From Vulcanimicrobiota bacterium (lineage in GTDB: Bacteria; Vulcanimicrobiota; Xenobia; Xenobiales; JADMJV01), in assembly GCA_050250895.1 (NCBI GenBank), contig JBFWNU010000001.1:2980891-3044890 (forward strand): a stretch of DNA of 64,000 nucleotides. The letters are read 5' to 3'. Shown in pieces: positions 59,703 to 64,000 of this stretch. The stretch's first letter is position 1. Every line of letters starts with the position of its first letter. The translations under genes and the position numbers were made by a program. The notes beneath the pieces were generated by a model that was given only the letters and a program-made list of their open reading frames with translations, made no database searches and was not told where the DNA came from.

Positions 59703-59975
59703 ATGAAAACTTCGTTCACCACCGCTAATGGCAACACCGTCTACCTGGCCGCCGGCAAAGCCGCCGGCCCCCACCGCGCTGGCGCTGCCGCCGGTTGGGC
59801 CGTCGATGTCGGCAGTGACGGCACCCTCGACGCCGGTCGCGGCCGGGCGGTCGGCGTCGGCCCCAACGGGGCGGCCGCCGTGCACGCCGGCTTTGGCCCC
59901 AACGGGCACGGTGCCCGGGCCATCGCAACCAACGGCGAGACCACCCGCACCTGGTCGCGTTTCGTTCACTCCTAG
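59703..59975 (+). CDS. small Gly/Ala-rich protein
   Basis: GAGG RBS; GPNG repeats; strong codon bias. Confidence 0.7.
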   Translation: MKTSFTTANGNTVYLAAGKAAGPHRAGAAAGWAVDVGSDGTLDAGRGRAVGVGPNGAAAVHAGFGPNGHGARAIATNGETTRTWSRFVHS

Positions 59976-60000
59976 ACCCTGACGTTAGCCGCTAGAAAGA

Positions 60001-60387
60001 ATGCAGGAGGAAGCCAGAATGTTCACCCACGCCACTTTCGTAGATTTTCTCGAGAAGGTCTTCAAGGAAACCATCGACATCGACCTGGCCATCAACTGGC
60101 TCGAAGAGGCTTACAACAGCCTCCAGTCTGAATCGGCTCAGTTGAGCGAACTGATCGAAAAATCAGGATACTTCGACGTCTCACCGGAAGAAGTCGAGTA
60201 TGGATTGACGGCGATGGGTGACTATCAGGCCGCCATCGAGGCGGTGCACAGCTTCCTCAGCGAAGGCTGGGAAGAGGGCCTGGAAGTGGCCATCGAGCGG
60301 GCCGGCGAAGCCCACCAGAAAATGCTGGTGGCCCACGACCTGGCCCAGCAAACCTCCCTCGACCTGGCTTTCGAAGCCGTTTACTAG
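60001..60387 (+). CDS. acidic helical hypothetical protein
   Basis: Clean ORF; alternative start at 60019 with AGGAGG RBS. Confidence 0.75.
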   Translation: MQEEARMFTHATFVDFLEKVFKETIDIDLAINWLEEAYNSLQSESAQLSELIEKSGYFDVSPEEVEYGLTAMGDYQAAIEAVHSFLSEGWEEGLEVAIERAGEAHQKMLVAHDLAQQTSLDLAFEAVY

Positions 60388-60390
60388 AGG

Positions 60391-62802
60391 CTAGCTCTCG
60401 ACCACCTGCATATACAAGGCCGTCGCCTGGGGCGACGGCGCCAGATTGAGTTCACGCTCTAGCGTTTTACAATATTCGTGGTAACAAGCCACCGCCTGAT
60501 CGCGGCGATTGGCCGCCAGATGGGCCCGGATGAGGCCGAGATGCGCTTCTTCCCGACAGCTGTCTCTTTCGAGCATCTGGCGGTAGCAACTCTCGGCTTC
60601 TTCTGGTTTTCCGTTGGCCAGATAGCTCTGGGCCAGACGCTCGGCCAGACGCATCCACTTTTCCTTGAGGGAGCGACGCGGCTCGAAGGTCCACTCTTCC
60701 CAAAGGCCTTCCAGAAAGTCCCCGCGATAGAGAGCCACCGCTCGGATGGCGGCCGCTTCGGCCTCGGCCCCCAGATCGTCGCTCTTGACCCGAGCCACCT
60801 TCTCGACCGCCTTCTCGAGCTCCCAGAGGTCGGCCCAGACCGACAGAGCGGGGTCGAGAAAGTAGAAGTCGCCCTCGGACAAGACCGCCGAGAAATCGCG
60901 TCCAGCGGCTGTGCGCAGGGCCCGTCGCACCCGCGAGACGGTGGTGTGGAGATTCTTGCGCACCTTGTCGCCGGCCTCAGGCCAGAGCAATTCGGCCAGA
61001 CGACCGGCCGCGATGGGCCGCTGCCAGTGGAGCAGCAAGGCGAACAGCTCCTGGGCTTTGCGGGTGGTCCAGGCGCTCGACTCCAAAGCACGACCGTTGA
61101 CGCTCACCTGCAGCCGACCCAGGCAACGGGCCTCGAGCACGGGCTGGTCGCTGGGCACCTCGGGAGTCGGGGCCGGCTCGATGCGGCGGGCCTGCTCGGG
61201 CGGCAGGTGTTCGCGGGCGAAGCTGGCCAGAAAGGGCCAGGTCTCGACCAGTTCGGTCAGCCGGGTCAGGGTGGTCTCACCACCCAACCCCATCTGCAGA
61301 CCGCCCACCAGCACCCCGGCTGCCTCGCGCGCCTGACCCGGCGACAAGCCGCCCAGGCTGGTGGGCTGGGCCAACCACTCGGGAAAGGCCCGGGCAAACT
61401 CGTCGCGCCGCTCAGCCTGCAATTGCAATCGCATCCACAGCCGATCGCGCTCGGGAGCCAGCGCGTCGGCCTCGGGAAAGAGCCCCAACACCGAGTCTGC
61501 CTGCGACAATCGCCCCAGAGCAATCAACAAGCGGGTTAGCTCGAGCACGACCCGGGGCGGCTTCTGTCCCAACCCCTCGAGCAAACGTCCGGCCTGGGCG
61601 GCCAGTTTGGCTGCCCCCGCTTTGTCGCCTCGGGCCAACGCCGTGAGCGCCCGTCCGATGGCCAGCGAAGCCTGCAAATCGTGATCTCGCTCGCCGGTCA
61701 GGGCCTCGGCCTCTTGATAGGCTCGCAAGGCCTGATCATACTCACCCGACTCGCGCAACAGGTTGCCCAGCTGCTCGAGGTTGCGACAACGCTCGCGGTG
61801 ACCCTGGTCGCTGCGCCCCATCAGAGCCTCGAGATCGGTCAACTCGCGATGCTCTCTCGCCAGGTCACCACACAGCGAGACGACCGTCGGGTCAAAGCGA
61901 GTGCGAGCCTGCTCGTCGAGCCATTCCAACGCTTTGGCAGCCGTCAAGGCTTTGCGCTGAGGACGGTCGTGGGTCAGGCTGTCGAAAGCCTCGGCCACGG
62001 CCAGGATGCGCGACTCGATGGGAATGGCCTCACCCGCCAGGCCCCGTGGCTGCCCGCTGCCGTCATAATGCTCGCGCAACCCCTCCAAGATGGGCGTGAG
62101 GGCGGCCAACTCGGGCACCTGGGCCAGCAAGCGCCGGGCCAGCAGCGGATGGTTGTGCAGCTTTTCATACTCTTCGGCCAGTAGGGGCTCGGTCTTTAAC
62201 AACAGCTCTCGGTCGATATAGGCCAGCCCGATGTCATGCAAGAGCGCTGCCAGCTCGAGCCGATCCAGGGTCTTGCCCTCGAGTCCCAGCTCTTCGCCCA
62301 GGTCGGCGGCCAGAGCGGCCACTCGCCTCGAGTGGTCGTAGAAGAAGCTATCCTGGCCCTGGAAGGTGTTGACCAGGGTGGCCACCAACCGCAAATAGCC
62401 GCGCTTGAGCTCTTCATTTTCGGCCTGGCTGCGCACCTCGACCCGGCGCAGCTCTAGACTGTGGCGCACGCTCTTGAGCAGATCATCCATCTCGAAAGGC
62501 TTGAACAGATAGTCGTCGACCCCGTTCTTGATGGCCCGCACCGGCGCGTCGTCGCTGGCATAGCCGGTGATCACGATGGTGCGCAGCCCACCCTGCATCT
62601 GGCGCAAGATCCCAATCGCCTCCAGCCCGTCAATCTCGGGCATGCGCACGTCGCAGACCAAAAGATCGAGCAGCTCGGCCCTGGCTACCTCGATAGCCTC
62701 GGCCGCTCGGGCCGCCGTGAATACCCGATAGCCGGCCCGCTCCAGGGTGCGGGCCAGGCCTTTGAGAATCAGCGGGTCATCGTCGAGAACCAGAATGGTC
62801 AT
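60391..62802 (-). CDS. REC + HD-GYP + TPR + SARP-type (winged helix/BTAD) regulator
   Basis: LVLDDD..CDVRMP..KPF; HSRRVA, LLHDIG, DGSGQP; LAELLWP, LYRGDFL, REEAH..PSP. Confidence 0.85.
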   Translation of the reverse strand: MTILVLDDDPLILKGLARTLERAGYRVFTAARAAEAIEVARAELLDLLVCDVRMPEIDGLEAIGILRQMQGGLRTIVITGYASDDAPVRAIKNGVDDYLFKPFEMDDLLKSVRHSLELRRVEVRSQAENEELKRGYLRLVATLVNTFQGQDSFFYDHSRRVAALAADLGEELGLEGKTLDRLELAALLHDIGLAYIDRELLLKTEPLLAEEYEKLHNHPLLARRLLAQVPELAALTPILEGLREHYDGSGQPRGLAGEAIPIESRILAVAEAFDSLTHDRPQRKALTAAKALEWLDEQARTRFDPTVVSLCGDLAREHRELTDLEALMGRSDQGHRERCRNLEQLGNLLRESGEYDQALRAYQEAEALTGERDHDLQASLAIGRALTALARGDKAGAAKLAAQAGRLLEGLGQKPPRVVLELTRLLIALGRLSQADSVLGLFPEADALAPERDRLWMRLQLQAERRDEFARAFPEWLAQPTSLGGLSPGQAREAAGVLVGGLQMGLGGETTLTRLTELVETWPFLASFAREHLPPEQARRIEPAPTPEVPSDQPVLEARCLGRLQVSVNGRALESSAWTTRKAQELFALLLHWQRPIAAGRLAELLWPEAGDKVRKNLHTTVSRVRRALRTAAGRDFSAVLSEGDFYFLDPALSVWADLWELEKAVEKVARVKSDDLGAEAEAAAIRAVALYRGDFLEGLWEEWTFEPRRSLKEKWMRLAERLAQSYLANGKPEEAESCYRQMLERDSCREEAHLGLIRAHLAANRRDQAVACYHEYCKTLERELNLAPSPQATALYMQVVES

Positions 62803-62921
62803 CGCAAGCGCCTTCACCGTGCCAGCAAGGCTCCCCTCGTTCATAAAACAGCAATCTGACGGCAACTCTCTCTTAACGGTCTGGCAACGGACAGGCAAAC
62901 TCGGGCCCCGATCATGAAAGC

Positions 62922-63722
62922 ATGTTCAGACCACTGCTCCACCACACCCTCCGCCGCCGGCGCGACGGGCTCAAACTCTCCCAAACCGAACTCGCCCGCC
63001 GCTGTGGCATCAAACGCAGTCGCTACGCCATGCTCGAGCTTGGCCTGCGGGCTCCCAGCCCCGACGAGTTACAGCAGCTCGCTGGCGGCCTGGGCACCTA
63101 CGTCGAATACCTCGGCGAGTGTCGCACGCGGCCGCCAGGCTACCATCAGCTCCTTCATCTCAACGCCAATCGCGACTATCGCAAGCCCACCCCTTTTTTT
63201 CCTCCGAAGGACCGCGCCACCGGGGTTCGGCTGCACCAGGCACGTCGTCGCTACGGTGACTTGATGCGGGCCATCGAGATGAGGTTGACCCGGCGCGGCG
63301 ATACCGACCTGTGCGCCTTCTTCTGCGAAGAGCTAGCTTGCGATTCGGCCGAAGAGTTCTTGTTCATCCTCTGCCTGCTCTTGCAGGGCGGGACTCCCGG
63401 CATCGCATCGCCCAACCGCTACTGTCATCCGCCTCACCCCATCGTCGACCCCACCAATCGCGACCCCGTTGGCCATCGCGCCCTCCCCGCGATTTTTCTC
63501 GCCGGTCAACCTCACTTCATCCAGGCCTCGCTTGCCACTCCGCGCCTCTACACCGTCGACGTGTTGCGCTGGAACGGTTCGTGGAGCATCATCGAAGTCG
63601 ACGGCACCGGCCACTACAACCCCGAAGAACGCGAGCGAACCCGGGCCCTGGCCGTGCCTATCGAGCGCCTGACTACCGAGGATGTCCTGGCGCTGGCCTG
63701 GCGCCTGGTCTCTGGTCGCTAA
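62922..63722 (+). CDS. XRE HTH protein with C-terminal DUF559/Vsr-like nuclease motif
   Basis: LSQTELARRCGI..YAMLELG; VDVL...IIEVDGTGH. Confidence 0.7.
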   Translation: MFRPLLHHTLRRRRDGLKLSQTELARRCGIKRSRYAMLELGLRAPSPDELQQLAGGLGTYVEYLGECRTRPPGYHQLLHLNANRDYRKPTPFFPPKDRATGVRLHQARRRYGDLMRAIEMRLTRRGDTDLCAFFCEELACDSAEEFLFILCLLLQGGTPGIASPNRYCHPPHPIVDPTNRDPVGHRALPAIFLAGQPHFIQASLATPRLYTVDVLRWNGSWSIIEVDGTGHYNPEERERTRALAVPIERLTTEDVLALAWRLVSGR

Positions 63723-63733
63723 GCCGCCCCGCG

Positions 63734-63990
63734 CGCTCTGCCTCGCCGGGGCGGGTTGTTCCCACCAAACCCCGGAGCAAGCCCGCTCTGCCTCGCTGTG
63801 GCGGGTGGCTCCCACGAAATCCCGGAGCATGCTCCCACGAAACCCCGGAGCAAGCCCGGCCTGCCTCGCCGGGGGCGGGTTGCTCCCACGAAACCCCGGA
63901 GCATGCTCCCACAAAACCCCGGAGCAAGCCCGCTCTGCCTCGATGGGGCGGGTTGCTCCCGCGTAATCCCGGGAGCAGATCCGTTCGGCC
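63734..63990. repeat. array of short palindromic repeats
   Basis: About six copies of TGCTCCCACGAAACCCCGGAGCA nested in GCGGGT...AGCCCGC arms with CTGCCTCG linkers. Confidence 0.85.
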
Positions 63991-64000
63991 AGGCAAGCCC

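Noticed and set aside
63734-63990. CRISPR array at window end
   Set aside because: Irregular period, repeated linkers and no cas genes.

Overview
GC-rich bacterial window. Its gene families tentatively suggest a Ca. Eremiobacterota/Vulcanimicrobiota-like lineage (inference only). The first ~12.8 kb is an accessory, decaying island. It holds a minus-strand defence-like operon (PD-(D/E)xK-like nuclease, SF2 helicase fused to a helical partner domain, small Cys/His protein, RecQ running off the edge). It also holds a broken ISKra4-like transposase, two tandem disrupted Rpn genes (one hit by a 133-bp MITE), an ECF41 operon with its consensus promoter, and one decayed plus one intact vapBC. The rest is mostly intact genes: M28 peptidase, Ig/beta-propeller lipoprotein, a group 3b [NiFe]-hydrogenase operon, three paralogous GHKL-like proteins, CPBP-TPR protease, ECF sigma, PIG-L deacetylase with a BshC-like gene, minor pilins, GH30, an MBL-rhodanese persulfide dioxygenase, a nucleotidyltransferase TA pair, an FHA/kinase-like + receiver-like + Ser/Thr kinase-WD40 operon and a REC-HD-GYP-BTAD regulator. 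Highlights: (1) a secreted HMA-domain gene missed by the ORF track (59311-59595) with two in-frame TGA codons at the metal-binding Cys positions plus SECIS-like hairpins; (2) an orphan seven-core marinostatin/microviridin-type RiPP precursor (22706-23428); (3) the nuclease-helicase-RecQ candidate defence operon; (4) a four-way-junction structured RNA candidate at 50841-50928. No rRNA, tRNA or CRISPR array was seen.
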